From assembly GCA_964645545.1 (NCBI GenBank), contig CAZXZR010000001.1, positions 27,526 through 91,525 of the forward strand: a stretch of DNA of 64,000 bases, written 5' to 3'. The position numbers were made by a program, and so were the translations under genes. This document shows, in pieces, positions 8,836 to 19,414 of this stretch. How positions within the stretch are numbered: the first letter of the stretch is position 1; each line of letters starts with the position of its first letter. The notes under the pieces were generated by a model. That model was not told where the DNA came from, ran no database searches, and worked only from the letters and a program-made list of their open reading frames with translations. Origin of the DNA: an uncultured Gammaproteobacteria bacterium. Lineage in GTDB: Bacteria > Patescibacteriota > Patescibacteriia > Patescibacteriales > UBA12465.

Positions 8836-10503
8836 TTAATTAATTATTCGCCCGCCGAATGTCTCTAAAAGTTTATTCATCAGGCCGTCGTCGTTAAGGC
8901 CGTCTTTTTCCGGCTTTTTTTCCTCAGCGCCGGACGCGGCGGCCGTGGTCGCTTGGCTGGCGGTCGCGGCGCTGTTTTTTTCTTCTTGCCGGATTTCCAA
9001 ATTCTCGTCCAAGGAGGAAACTAAAACTAAAGGCGAGCCAAAAACTTCACTTATGGCCGTTTCCACCAAATTTTTTAAGCTCGGGTCATGCAAACGGTCC
9101 TGATGAAATTTATATTTAAATAACAAATACAAACGGCTATCTTTTATCATTTGCGGCCGGCAATTTTGCAAAACAAAAGCTAAGGAATGGTTATATTTTT
9201 TCAGGCGCAGTAAGAATTCCGGCCATTTGCCCAAAATTTCCTCATGGCTAAAATTAATGGGAGCGCCCGGGGGCGGCGTTTTTTCGGCACCAGGCGCCTC
9301 TTTGGCCTTGGCGGCCGGCCGGTTTTTAGCCATCGGCGAGAAAAAAGTCCGGGAAGACGGCGCCGGCTTTAAAGATGAATCTTCTAAAGAATCCGTATAC
9401 ATTTTTTGTACAGAAAAGCATAATTCGCCAATGGCCAGCTCCAAGGGTAATTGGGCAATCAAAGGATTTTTGTTGTCGTTATAAGTTTCCAGAAAACGGC
9501 GCGTGAAAGAAAAAAGCTGTTCCCAATTAAGCTCAGCGGCGATCTCGCTCAAGCGCATTTCCAGGTTTTCGCCCCAATCCAAGCCTAAATTTTGCGCCAA
9601 GCTGGGGCTTAATTTATTTAAAATTATTTGCCTTAAAAGGCTAATGACTTCGCCGGTGAAATTCTTAATGTTAACCCCGCTCTCGGCTAAATTATTGACC
9701 AAAGCCACGGCTTTGGCCGCGTCCTTACGGCGCAGGTATGCCAATAAATCCACGGCCTCGTGGCTGTTATAGTGCGGAATGACCAATTCCGCCTGGGCTA
9801 AGGATATTTGTTTGTCGCCCAAGGAAAAAATTTGACCCAAAAGGCTTTCGGCGTCGCGCAAATGTCCGCCCGAACGCAAAGCCACTGCTTCCAAAACTTC
9901 TTTGTCAATAGCCACCTTTTCTTGAGCGGCGATAAAAGTTAATTTTTTGACGATTTCCACGATGCTGATGCGCTTGAAATCAAAACGTTCACAGCGGGAA
10001 ACAATGGTCGCCGGCACTTTATGGACTTCGGTCGTGCAGAGAATGAAAATGACGTGGGCCGGCGGCTCCTCAATGATCTTTAAAAGGGCGTTAAAAGCCG
10101 ACAAAGACAGCATGTGGACTTCGTCAATAATAAAAACCTTATACTTAGTGCTTGCCGGCGCCAGGCGCGAGGAAGCGATAATGTTGTCGCGAACGTTATC
10201 CACGCCGGTATTGCTGGCGGCGTCAATTTCCAAAACGTCCAAGTTCTTGCCGGCGATGATGCTTAGACAGCTCGGGCAGGCGTTGCAGGGCTCGTATTCT
10301 CCAGACCGCCGCTTCTCGCAATTGACGGCTTTGGCCAAAACGCGGGCTAAGGTCGTCTTGCCCACCGCCCGCGGGCCGCAAAATAAATAGGCCTGGGCGA
10401 TTTTGCCGCCGGCGACTTCGTTCTGTAAAGTTATTTTGATGTGATTCTGCCCTAAAATTTCCGAGAAATTCTGGGGGCGGTAATCACGGTATAAAGTAGC
10501 CAT
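8836..10503 (-). CDS. dnaX: DNA polymerase III subunit gamma/tau
   Basis: LYRDYRPQ, GPRAVGKTT, Zn-binding Cys cluster, EIDAASN, IIDEVHML, SRC. Confidence 0.97.
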   Translation of the reverse strand: MATLYRDYRPQNFSEILGQNHIKITLQNEVAGGKIAQAYLFCGPRAVGKTTLARVLAKAVNCEKRRSGEYEPCNACPSCLSIIAGKNLDVLEIDAASNTGVDNVRDNIIASSRLAPASTKYKVFIIDEVHMLSLSAFNALLKIIEEPPAHVIFILCTTEVHKVPATIVSRCERFDFKRISIVEIVKKLTFIAAQEKVAIDKEVLEAVALRSGGHLRDAESLLGQIFSLGDKQISLAQAELVIPHYNSHEAVDLLAYLRRKDAAKAVALVNNLAESGVNIKNFTGEVISLLRQIILNKLSPSLAQNLGLDWGENLEMRLSEIAAELNWEQLFSFTRRFLETYNDNKNPLIAQLPLELAIGELCFSVQKMYTDSLEDSSLKPAPSSRTFFSPMAKNRPAAKAKEAPGAEKTPPPGAPINFSHEEILGKWPEFLLRLKKYNHSLAFVLQNCRPQMIKDSRLYLLFKYKFHQDRLHDPSLKNLVETAISEVFGSPLVLVSSLDENLEIRQEEKNSAATASQATTAAASGAEEKKPEKDGLNDDGLMNKLLETFGGRIIN

Positions 10504-10512
10504 AGAAAAATT

Positions 10513-12978
10513 TTAAGCGCCCACGGCCGTGCGCCGGTTTATTTCCGCTTCCACCAAGTGGACGTTCTGGCCATATTTCAAGCGGCTCAAAGACCGCGTC
10601 TTCTCGGCGATGCCTTCCCGCTTGGTGCCTAAAATCGGCCAAATCGTCTTTAAGGAAAAGGGCCTTAAAGCACTATTGTCCACCAATAATTTGATATAGG
10701 CGATGCCTTTGTCAATATTTATTAAATCGTATTCGTTAAAAACCGGAGCGAACTCCTTGACTAAGAACTCGGCATCTTCCGAGCCGACTTTAAAGGCCAC
10801 GAACGTGCCGACGTTGCCGAAAATGGCGTCTTTGATTTCCGTATTTTGGTTCTTGACCAGTTGGCCAATGTACTGATGGGCGATAATCAGGTTTAAGGCG
10901 TATTTTCTGGCTTCGGAAAGAATTTGACAAACGGAATTGGTGGTGAAATTTTGAAACTCGTCAATATAGAGATAAAAATCTTTGCGCGCTTCCTTGGACA
11001 AATCTGTGCGCGACAAAGCCGCCATTAAAATTTTGCCGACCAAAATCATGCCCAGAAGATAAGCGTTCATTTCCCCCACTAGACCTTTAGGCAAATTAAT
11101 TAAAAGAATTTTTTGCTGGTCCATTATTTCGCGCACGTTGAAGGCGCTTTTCTGCTGGCCGATAATCGGCCGCATCATGTCATTAGAAATGAAGGAGGTC
11201 AGCTTGGAGGTGATATAAGGGACGATATTGGCCAGGGCCGCTTCCCCGCCCGCTTTCTCCGCTTCCTTCCGCCAGAAGTCAACGACCGTCTGGTTCTTGC
11301 AGCGGCTTAATTTCAGGCGCCGGAACTCCTCGTCGGCCAAGACTTTGGGAATTTCCATCAAAGTGGAACCGGTTTCCGGATCGTCCATGACCAGGAGCAT
11401 GGCGTTTCTCATATATTGCTCAAACATCGGCCCGCCGGTCTGCTTTAAGTCATATAACTTGTCAAAGATGCCGATCATTTCGTTAATGACAAAGCTTTTT
11501 TGCTCGGGATAGCGCGGATCATATTCCAAAAGGTTTAAGGCCATGGGCCGCTCCGTGTCGGCGGGCGAGAAAATGACCACGTCTTCCGCGCGCTCGGGCG
11601 GCATACGATCCAAGATATCGGAAATCAAATCGCCGTGCGGATCCAAAACGCAAACGCCTTCCCCGTTCTGGATGTCCTGAATGGCCAAATTGGTCAAAAA
11701 CACGGACTTACCGGTACCGGATTTGCCGATAACGTAGGTGTGGCGGCGGCGGTCGGCGCGCTTCATGCGAATTTCCTTCTTGACCCCGCGATAGACGTTC
11801 TCGCCCAAACTGATACCCTCGCTCGGCACTTCGGCCGGCGCCGGGGCGCTTTTGGCCGTCAGCCAGAGGATATTGGGCGTTTCCGTGGTCTTCAAGGGCA
11901 AATGGAAAAGGCTAGCCAATTCCTCGCTATTCAATAAGAAAGCATTTTTTTCGCGGAAACGGCGATAAATGAAATCCTTAATGATCTGCTCGCCGTTTTT
12001 CTTACGGGCGCGGGAAAAAGTATTGCCGTAACTGAAATTATTATATTCAGAGAAGGCACTGGCGACGTTGTCCAAATAGACGTTGGCCTGGGCTTTTGCC
12101 GGCGCCGAGGCAATCAAGCGCAAATTGACATCCAAGCCGGCTTTGAGATTTTTTTCTTCCACCTGTTTGACGATTTCCTCTTCCACAGCGCTTAAACGCG
12201 GCATTTCCTGGGGAGCGGCCGGATTTTTCGAGGCCGGCTTGCTCTTGAAGGCGGCTTTGAAAGCGGGAAATAAAGCGCCGGCCTTCAAGCCCGCGGCCAC
12301 GGAATTTTTCTTATGGATTTCCCTGACCACGCGCCGCACCCGGCCGTGCCAGGAACCGCGCGCGCTCCGAACCGTGTATTGTATGGCCAGACTTTCGTCC
12401 TTGTCCAATTTGGACAAGGCGTTGACCAAAGAATTCATAGGATCCACTTCCAATTGCCGGTAGGTTTTCAAGGGGAAAATATAACTTTTATTGGTTTTTA
12501 AATAGGCGGCCGCGATTTGGCTTTTCGCGTTGAAAACGTTATAATCCTCCACTTCTTCAATAACCGCTTCTGGATAATGGGCGTGAATCTGCTGTTCCAA
12601 ATAGCGGGAAGATGGCGTCGGGCAAACGACATAAAAAGCGATACGGTTATGACTGGCCACGATTTCCAAAGAAAAATGATCGTCACGTCCCAAAAGCCAG
12701 GCAACAAAGCCCTTTTGCGCCTTCAAACCGCCAATGGCGGCAAACAGGGTTTCACCCTTGGCCATTTCCTCTTTTAATTGCTGTTCCGAAGCCTGGCCTT
12801 TCTGGTCTTCCGGTTTTTCCTTGGGCAGGCGGACCAAAAAGACCTGCTGTGAAGTTAGATGCCGGTTTTTTAAAAAAAGCCGCAAGCGATAAAGAAGCGC
12901 GAAAACGACCAAAAGGGTCGCTACCGGCACCAGTAAGTAGGGCAAAAGCTGGACCGGGCTAAAATTTAAATTTTCCAT
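10513..12978 (-). CDS. Membrane-anchored VirB4/TraG/HerA-like ATPase
   Basis: RRRHTYVIGKSGTGKS Walker A, LDPHGD, LYIDEFQNF Walker B, EARKY, AHQY; likely start MENLNF at 12978. Confidence 0.85.
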   Translation of the reverse strand: MENLNFSPVQLLPYLLVPVATLLVVFALLYRLRLFLKNRHLTSQQVFLVRLPKEKPEDQKGQASEQQLKEEMAKGETLFAAIGGLKAQKGFVAWLLGRDDHFSLEIVASHNRIAFYVVCPTPSSRYLEQQIHAHYPEAVIEEVEDYNVFNAKSQIAAAYLKTNKSYIFPLKTYRQLEVDPMNSLVNALSKLDKDESLAIQYTVRSARGSWHGRVRRVVREIHKKNSVAAGLKAGALFPAFKAAFKSKPASKNPAAPQEMPRLSAVEEEIVKQVEEKNLKAGLDVNLRLIASAPAKAQANVYLDNVASAFSEYNNFSYGNTFSRARKKNGEQIIKDFIYRRFREKNAFLLNSEELASLFHLPLKTTETPNILWLTAKSAPAPAEVPSEGISLGENVYRGVKKEIRMKRADRRRHTYVIGKSGTGKSVFLTNLAIQDIQNGEGVCVLDPHGDLISDILDRMPPERAEDVVIFSPADTERPMALNLLEYDPRYPEQKSFVINEMIGIFDKLYDLKQTGGPMFEQYMRNAMLLVMDDPETGSTLMEIPKVLADEEFRRLKLSRCKNQTVVDFWRKEAEKAGGEAALANIVPYITSKLTSFISNDMMRPIIGQQKSAFNVREIMDQQKILLINLPKGLVGEMNAYLLGMILVGKILMAALSRTDLSKEARKDFYLYIDEFQNFTTNSVCQILSEARKYALNLIIAHQYIGQLVKNQNTEIKDAIFGNVGTFVAFKVGSEDAEFLVKEFAPVFNEYDLINIDKGIAYIKLLVDNSALRPFSLKTIWPILGTKREGIAEKTRSLSRLKYGQNVHLVEAEINRRTAVGA

Positions 12979-12980
12979 AT

Positions 12981-13463
12981 CTAAACTTTGTCTCTTATCT
13001 TCATTATCCGGTCGGCCTTGATTTTCGCTTCCTGTTCTAAGAAAAAGCGGTTCACGCCTGGCAAAAGTCTTAACCATTTCTTGATTAGGTCAATAATTTT
13101 TTTCACTTTCACCTTGGCCTTGTTTAATAAAGCGTTAATCTTAGTCACCATTTCTTCGCCTTTGGCTTTGAAGACTTTTTGCTCTTCCGGTTTCAAGCGC
13201 AAAAAGACCTCGTTCAAACCTTCGGCCAAAATCGCGTCTATGGCCGCGGCTCGACGCTGTTGGAAAGTCTGGGTTTGGATTCCAGCTTTCACCCCGCCTT
13301 CCCCAGTCTTCTCCAAAGGCTGGGCCGTTTCCGCGGCCTTTTCCGGTATCGCTGCCTCCGGGCCTTCATTCCTGGCTTCCGGGAGTTCCGGCTTGGCTTC
13401 TTTTTCCGGCTGGCCGCCCTCTTCCGGGCGGGGCAATTTTTCTCCGATTTTTTCCGCGGGCAT
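12981..13463 (-). CDS. Hypothetical protein
   Basis: E/P-rich N-terminus, helical C-terminus (WLRLLPGVNRFFLEQEAKIKAD); abuts the ATPase gene. Confidence 0.75.
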   Translation of the reverse strand: MPAEKIGEKLPRPEEGGQPEKEAKPELPEARNEGPEAAIPEKAAETAQPLEKTGEGGVKAGIQTQTFQQRRAAAIDAILAEGLNEVFLRLKPEEQKVFKAKGEEMVTKINALLNKAKVKVKKIIDLIKKWLRLLPGVNRFFLEQEAKIKADRIMKIRDKV

Positions 13464-13467
13464 ATGG

Positions 13468-13653
13468 TTATTTTTTCTCTTTTTTCAGGCTGATCGCCCC
13501 TACCGGACAACTGGCTATGGCTTCCTTGACGCAAGGCAGGGCTTTGTCGTTAATGACCTGCGACTTGCCTTTGGCGTTAAGCCGAAAAACTCGGGGACAT
13601 AAGCTTTGACATAAGCCACAACCGATGCACTTGTTCTGGTCCACTTTTATCAT
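13468..13653 (-). CDS. Monocluster ferredoxin
   Basis: CIGCGLC...CPVGAI in 61 aa. Confidence 0.9.
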   Translation of the reverse strand: MIKVDQNKCIGCGLCQSLCPRVFRLNAKGKSQVINDKALPCVKEAIASCPVGAISLKKEKK

Positions 13654-13894
13654 AAAAGCTTTATTAATTTTCCCTTAATTTTTATGTTTTTATTATAGCA
13701 TATTTTAAAAAAAATGAAATCCGCATCCTTCTCCTAAAATCCGGTAATTATATGCTGACTAAAAACAGCTAAACAAATCTTGACAAGTCTTGACAAGTTA
13801 AAATTCTTTTGTTATATTTAAAAAATAAAAGTCAATAAAAGTAAAATAAAAATGCCAGTTCGCAAAGGCTGGCATTTCTAAAAACGAAACCAAT

Positions 13895-14233
13895 ATGGCA
13901 CACAAGAAAGCGGCCGGTTCAACTTCGTTGGGCCGCGAATCGGAAAGCAAGCGCCTGGGCGTGAAATTGAGCGACGGCCAATGGGCCAAGGCTGGCGCCA
14001 TTATTATCCGCCAACGCGGCACCAAATACCATCCCGGCCAAAACGTGAAACGCGGCGGTGACGACACCCTTTTCGCCACCAGCAGCGGTTTCGTCAAATT
14101 TAACCAGAAACGCTTAAGAAAATATGACAACTCCCTGAAGGCGGCGACTATGGTCAGCGTGCTCGTAAAAACGGCGGAGAAAACGTTGGTGGCGGGAAAA
14201 ACGGCAACGGCGGGAACAAACAGGGAAAAATAA
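13895..14233 (+). CDS. rpmA: 50S ribosomal protein L27
   Basis: [10 protein letters not shown]...KRLGVK...[13 protein letters not shown]. Confidence 0.97.
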   Translation: MAHKKAAGSTSLGRESESKRLGVKLSDGQWAKAGAIIIRQRGTKYHPGQNVKRGGDDTLFATSSGFVKFNQKRLRKYDNSLKAATMVSVLVKTAEKTLVAGKTATAGTNREK

Positions 14234-14310
14234 AACCGGCAAGGATAAATTTAAAGATAGGAAAAAAGGCCTCGAAATAATCGCGGCCTTTTTGGGAGTC
14301 TAGTGTGTGC

Positions 14311-14568
14311 TTAGTGATGGGAATTGGTGAAATCGTTTACGATACCTGCCAGAAAGGCAATGAATAATGAGAAGCATATAGCTCCACTAATGATCATTTT
14401 CCACATATCGTGGGAGCCTCTCGCCCATCCACTGGTGTAATTCGCAGCAAAGCCAGCGAATAGAAAGATGGATAAGACGAATGCAACCATCCCGATAAAA
14501 CGGATTATAGGGCTGATCACTTTGATCACTTCCCATACTTTCACTAAAGCAACTTTACACTTTGGCAT
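14311..14568 (-). CDS. Small two-TM hypothetical protein
   Basis: Own TTGACA-N17-TATAAT promoter, AGGAGG RBS, two hydrophobic helices. Confidence 0.75.
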   Translation of the reverse strand: MPKCKVALVKVWEVIKVISPIIRFIGMVAFVLSIFLFAGFAANYTSGWARGSHDMWKMIISGAICFSLFIAFLAGIVNDFTNSHH

Positions 14569-14729
14569 TTTTCCTCCTTTTTTAAATGAACTGTATATAT
14601 TATATCATATTTTTATTCTAATGTCAATAAAAAATTGATACTAAAAATTAGCCAAATTAGAGGATAAAAAACCTACCTCCAGCTGGGGTAGATTTTTTAT
14701 ATCTTAATTCTATTTTACTAGCCCTCGTC

Positions 14730-16466
14730 CTATTTCTTTCCCCTTCTCTCCTTGCATACCCGGACAAATTCCACGAACAGGGGGTGGGGATTGAGCGGCC
14801 GGGAAATGTATTCCGGATGGAACTGGGTGCCGATGAAGAAAGGGTGGTCGGTGATTTCTATCGCTTCCACGATCTTGCCGTCCGGTGAAGTCCCGGCCAC
14901 GGTCAGACCTAATTTTTCAAACTTGGTCCGGTAATCGTTATTGAACTCATAGCGATGGCGGTGGCGCTCGGAAACGGTTTTGGGCGCGCCGAGTCTCTCA
15001 TAGGCGCGGGCCAGATGCGTGTTCGGCTTTATCTTGCAGGGCCAGCCGCCCAAACGAATGGTGCCACCGTAGCCTTTTTCTTTAATCAGCTTCTCCTGGC
15101 CGGGCATGATGTGGATGACCGGATGCTTAGTCTGGGAATTGACCTCCGAGGAATTGGCGTTCTTGAACCTGGCGACGTCGCGGGCGAACTCAATCACGGC
15201 CATTTGCATGCCGTAGCAAAGGCCGAAATACGGGACCTTATTCTCGCGGCAGTATTTGATGGTCTTGATCTTCCCTTCGGCCCCGCGACCGCCCCAGCCT
15301 TGGGGGACGATCAGGCCGTCCAAACCCTTCAGCATTTCCTGGCCTTTCTTATCCACTTCTTCAGCATTCAGCCAGTGGATTTTTGCCCGGCATTTATTAG
15401 AAGCGGCGGCGTGTTTGATCGCCTCGATGACGGAGATATATGAGTCGCCCAAAGAAAAGTCGCCGGTGGCGAAATACTTGCCGACAATACCGATGTTGAC
15501 CACGGGCTCTTTGGCTTTGGAGGCGGTCACCATTTTCTTCCAGGCACGATTATCGCCTTTTATAGTTAAAGGTAAATCGAATTTTTCCAGAAGGCGACGG
15601 CTTAAATGGCCTTTTTCAAAATTCAAAGGAATATCGTAAATAGAATCCACGTCCGGCGCGGAAATGACATTTTCAATGGGCACGTTACAGTTAACCGAGA
15701 GTTTTTCTTTGCGGCACATATCTATCGGCTTTTCGCTTCTGGCGACCATAAAGTCAGGCTGAATACCGGCGCCTTGCAAACTACGGACGGCGTGCTGGGT
15801 CGGTTTGGTTTTCATTTCTCCGATCTTGTTAGGAATGGGCAAATAGGAAACGATGACAAACAAGACGTCCTTGGGATGATAGAGTTTCATGACTCTGGCC
15901 GCTTCCAAGAAAAGCAGGTTTTCGTATTCGCCGACCGTGCCCCCGATTTCAATAATCATGATTTCCGCTTTGGTTTTCTTGACCGCCTTTTCTATTCGGT
16001 CCCTGATCTCCTGTGGTATGTGCGGCACGACTTGGACGCATTTGCCCTTGTAGCCTAAATTGCGCTCGCGTTCAATGACCGTCTGATAAACGCGGCCGGT
16101 GGTCAGATAATTTTCGCGGTAGATGTTCTTGCCCAAGAAACGTTCGTAATTGCCGATGTCCTGGTCGGTTTCGTCGCCATCTTCAGTGACGAAGACTTCC
16201 CCGTGCTCAATCGGGTTCATAGTGCCGGCGTCCACGTTGATGTAAGGGTCCATTTTAATGGCGCTGACATTATAGCCGCGAGCCTGGAGAATTTGGCCAA
16301 TGGAGGCGGTAGTCACACCTTTACCGACGCCACTCATCACGCCGCCGACGACGAATATGTATTTGGTGGGAAATTTTTTCTTCCTTAGAGGCGGCGCGGC
16401 GGCCGGAGTTCTTTTCGCCTCTTTTTTAAGGGCTTTCTGGCTGACGCGTTTGGATTTGGCGGGCAT
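14730..16466 (-). CDS. pyrG: CTP synthase
   Basis: GGVMSGVGKG, KMDPYINVDAGTM, GLCYG, ERHRHRYE, QFHPE; start at 16466 more plausible than 16562. Confidence 0.97.
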   Translation of the reverse strand: MPAKSKRVSQKALKKEAKRTPAAAPPLRKKKFPTKYIFVVGGVMSGVGKGVTTASIGQILQARGYNVSAIKMDPYINVDAGTMNPIEHGEVFVTEDGDETDQDIGNYERFLGKNIYRENYLTTGRVYQTVIERERNLGYKGKCVQVVPHIPQEIRDRIEKAVKKTKAEIMIIEIGGTVGEYENLLFLEAARVMKLYHPKDVLFVIVSYLPIPNKIGEMKTKPTQHAVRSLQGAGIQPDFMVARSEKPIDMCRKEKLSVNCNVPIENVISAPDVDSIYDIPLNFEKGHLSRRLLEKFDLPLTIKGDNRAWKKMVTASKAKEPVVNIGIVGKYFATGDFSLGDSYISVIEAIKHAAASNKCRAKIHWLNAEEVDKKGQEMLKGLDGLIVPQGWGGRGAEGKIKTIKYCRENKVPYFGLCYGMQMAVIEFARDVARFKNANSSEVNSQTKHPVIHIMPGQEKLIKEKGYGGTIRLGGWPCKIKPNTHLARAYERLGAPKTVSERHRHRYEFNNDYRTKFEKLGLTVAGTSPDGKIVEAIEITDHPFFIGTQFHPEYISRPLNPHPLFVEFVRVCKERRGKK

Positions 16467-16562
16467 AAATATTGACTTAAAAAATTTAATATGGTAATAT
16501 ATTAAAAGCTCTTTAATATTAGCCTTAATTAACAAAATTATTAACCAAAAAGGGAGGAACAA

Positions 16563-16895
16563 ATGGAATTTCAGTACATTATTGTTAAAAACAGTACACC
16601 AAAGCGTTACTGTTTGCTAGCTATAAGTGGAAACTTAGCAGAAACAATTATTCGCGAAGATGGCTTGACCAATTTAAAGAATGAGTGCCTAAGCCACGAT
16701 CGCGGCGGACAATTCTTGGCGGCGGCGCTAACGATAAAGCCGGAGGACCTGGCGCAACTGAAAATAGTGCTTAGCACCGGTGAAACGGTACCGGCGCCTT
16801 TTGCCCCGCTAACGCGAAAAGAAATTTATTGCCTGCGCTACTTAAAACACCAGGTCAAAAAAGAACTGGAACTCCGCCGGCAAGCGGCCGCCTAA
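16563..16895 (+). CDS. Hypothetical protein
   Basis: TTGACT-N17-TAATAT promoter, GGAGG RBS, 110-aa ORF. Confidence 0.7.
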   Translation: MEFQYIIVKNSTPKRYCLLAISGNLAETIIREDGLTNLKNECLSHDRGGQFLAAALTIKPEDLAQLKIVLSTGETVPAPFAPLTRKEIYCLRYLKHQVKKELELRRQAAA

Positions 16896-16974
16896 GCAAT
16901 CAGGAAAGGCGCAAGCGAGGGTATTTCCCCAATACCCTCTTTTTTATCTCTATATTCTCTATTCTCTCCACTTT

Positions 16975-18222
16975 TTATTTCTTCCCGGTCGTCAGGATCT
17001 TGACAGCCTCGTCCAGTTGCGGATCCAGATTCTTGTTTACGTCGTCGGCCGTCAAATTTACGGCCACATCCGGCTTAATGCCCTTATCGTTAATGTAATC
17101 ACCGGCCGGGGTTAACCAGCTAGCCACGGTAACTTTCAAGGCCGAGCCGTCGCTGAAGTCGTCCAAACTCTGCACCGTGCCCTTGCCGAAAGTCGTCTCG
17201 CCCACCAAAGTCGCTTTCTTGTAATCCCTTAAGGCGCCGGCCAAAATCTCCGCCGCGGAAGCACTGCCGCCGTTTATCAGGACCACGGTCGGGAAATCTT
17301 CCAGGCGCGCCCGGCCGTTGGCGGGATATTCGTTTCTGCGATTACCGGATAATTGTTCGGCCACCACCGGCCCGGCCGGAATCCATTCGCTGGCCATGGC
17401 CACGGCCGTGTCCAAATAACCGCCCGGGTTATTGCGCAAATCTAAAATGATGCTTTTGGCGTTTTTAGTCAAAGCCAAATTAACGGCCTGATTGAATAAA
17501 TCTTCGGTATCGTTATTGAAACCGCTTATTCTAATGACTAAAATCCCGTCGGCGCGCATTTCCGTGGTCAGGCTTTTAACCACAATGACGTCTCTGGTGA
17601 TCGTGTAATCTTTAGGTTTTTCCTGACCACGAACAATGCTTAAAGTCACGCTCGTGCCTTTATCGCCACGGATTAATTTCACGGCTTCATCCACACTCAT
17701 ACCGGCGGTGGATTGACCGTCAATGGCGTAAATTTGGTCGCCGGCCATCAGTCCGGCTTTTTGCGCCGGCGTGCCGTCCAAAGGCGCAATAATGGTGATG
17801 ATGTCATTTCTAATGCCGACTTCGGCGCCAATACCCTCAAAAGTGCCGTTCAAATCGCTGACGAATTGCTCGGCTTCACTAGGATCCATAAAAACCGTGT
17901 AGGGATCGCCGGTCGCTTCGGCCATACCCTTTAAGGAGCCATAAAACAGGGCGCTATCCGTCACTTGGCTCTTATTTAGATAATCAGTCTGCAAAGCGTC
18001 CCAAACCTGCCAATAAAGACTAGGATCCAGTTGGGCGCTGTCAGCCGCGTTCACCTGATTGGCGGCCGAATAGGCGATTTCTTTAGGATTGAAAGCGCCG
18101 GCCGCCTGACCCTTGCGGCCGGTAAAGAAACCGATTGTGAAAGTACCGGCCAAAACGAGGGCGATTAAGACAATAACACTGATTTTCTTAAATTTATTTA
18201 TCCGCATATATTTTATATTCAT
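16975..18222 (-). CDS. ctpA: S41 carboxy-terminal processing protease
   Basis: GDPYT, PDZ domain, DLRNNPGG, SASAAE, TFGKG. Confidence 0.93.
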   Translation of the reverse strand: MNIKYMRINKFKKISVIVLIALVLAGTFTIGFFTGRKGQAAGAFNPKEIAYSAANQVNAADSAQLDPSLYWQVWDALQTDYLNKSQVTDSALFYGSLKGMAEATGDPYTVFMDPSEAEQFVSDLNGTFEGIGAEVGIRNDIITIIAPLDGTPAQKAGLMAGDQIYAIDGQSTAGMSVDEAVKLIRGDKGTSVTLSIVRGQEKPKDYTITRDVIVVKSLTTEMRADGILVIRISGFNNDTEDLFNQAVNLALTKNAKSIILDLRNNPGGYLDTAVAMASEWIPAGPVVAEQLSGNRRNEYPANGRARLEDFPTVVLINGGSASAAEILAGALRDYKKATLVGETTFGKGTVQSLDDFSDGSALKVTVASWLTPAGDYINDKGIKPDVAVNLTADDVNKNLDPQLDEAVKILTTGKK

Positions 18223-18249
18223 TTAAATTATTTAAACATTCTCTTAGCT

Positions 18250-18855
18250 TCAAGCTCTGATTAAACGCGGCCGACTACCAGTGTAATCCCAGAGTCTTGA
18301 GGGCCGCCGGCGCGGCGCCGGGCCGGCATCAACAACTAAGTTCGGCTGTCCTAAGGCGACGGAAAAATATTTTTCCCAATTTTTTAAAGTGAGAAGCGGC
18401 TTATGACCGCTTAAATTCAAACTGGTGGAAATAAGCGGTTGTCCGACTGCCTTTATTATTTTAATTAAAAATTCACTTTTAGGCAAACGCAGGGCTAAGC
18501 CGCGAGCCGGCGGAAAAATCGCCTTGGGCAAAAGGCCGCGGGCAGGTAAAATAACCGTGGTCGGCCGCTTCTCCTCCCCCCAGATTTTTTTTAAAACCGC
18601 TTTTTTCTCTCCGCTAAGCATGGCGTATTTTGCCAATTGCTTAAAATCGCTTACTAAAACGATCGGCGCTTTGCTCGCTTGACGTTTTTTTAAAGAATAA
18701 ATTCTTTTTACCGCCCTTAAGTCATCGGCCCGGCAACTCAAGCCGTAAATCGTGTCCGTCGGCAAGATTAGCACCCGGCCCTTTTTTAAAGCGCCGGCGA
18801 TTAAACGAGTAAGGGCCGGCGGCACGCGTTTTAAATTTACTGACAAACGGCGCAT
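18250..18855 (-). CDS. tsaC: Threonylcarbamoyl-AMP synthase (TsaC/YrdC)
   Basis: PTDTIYGL, KKR, STSLNLSG. Confidence 0.9.
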   Translation of the reverse strand: MRRLSVNLKRVPPALTRLIAGALKKGRVLILPTDTIYGLSCRADDLRAVKRIYSLKKRQASKAPIVLVSDFKQLAKYAMLSGEKKAVLKKIWGEEKRPTTVILPARGLLPKAIFPPARGLALRLPKSEFLIKIIKAVGQPLISTSLNLSGHKPLLTLKNWEKYFSVALGQPNLVVDAGPAPRRRPSRLWDYTGSRPRLIRA

Positions 18856-18859
18856 GGCT

Positions 18860-19375
18860 TTAAATTAAAGATTTCAAAGCTAACAAGGCCTGGGACAAAA
18901 ATGGCGTCGTCACTTCGGCGATTAAAACTAAGAATGGCGCCAGCTTGGAATTGACAACTTGATCGCCGAAAAAGTTGCCGAGCATGGAGTACTTAGCAAT
19001 CACCAAGAGAATGATACCCAAAAAAATGGCCCCGCTGATAAAACCGAAAATGGCGCCAAAAAGGTTGTCTAAATATTTACTGCCGGGAATAACGGCGATG
19101 AATTTAAAAACTTTTTTCAAAAAACGGAAAAGCAGATCCACCAGCCAGGCGACGACAAAGAAAAGGACCAAAAAACAAACAACTTTGGCTACATTCTCAT
19201 GACCGCCGGATAAACCTTGGGCGCGAGCGTATAAAAGCAAGTAATAATGGCTGGCGACGTAAGCCCCTAAAAATAGGCCGACGATTTGACCGACGGTGCG
19301 AATAAGTCCTTTAAACAGGCCGCTTAGAACAAAACCGCCTAAAATAATAATCAGGGAAATATCAAAAATAGACAT
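18860..19375 (-). CDS. CvpA family membrane protein
   Basis: D..LIII...GLFKGLIR and LDNLFGAIFG motifs, four TM helices. Confidence 0.85.
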   Translation of the reverse strand: MSIFDISLIIILGGFVLSGLFKGLIRTVGQIVGLFLGAYVASHYYLLLYARAQGLSGGHENVAKVVCFLVLFFVVAWLVDLLFRFLKKVFKFIAVIPGSKYLDNLFGAIFGFISGAIFLGIILLVIAKYSMLGNFFGDQVVNSKLAPFLVLIAEVTTPFLSQALLALKSLI

Positions 19376-19414
19376 ATGATTATATAAATTATTGACTATT
19401 TTAGGGGACAATCA

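Noticed and set aside
13779-13798. TCTTGACAAG tandem repeat
   Set aside because: Short duplication of the rpmA -35 box with no further evidence of function.
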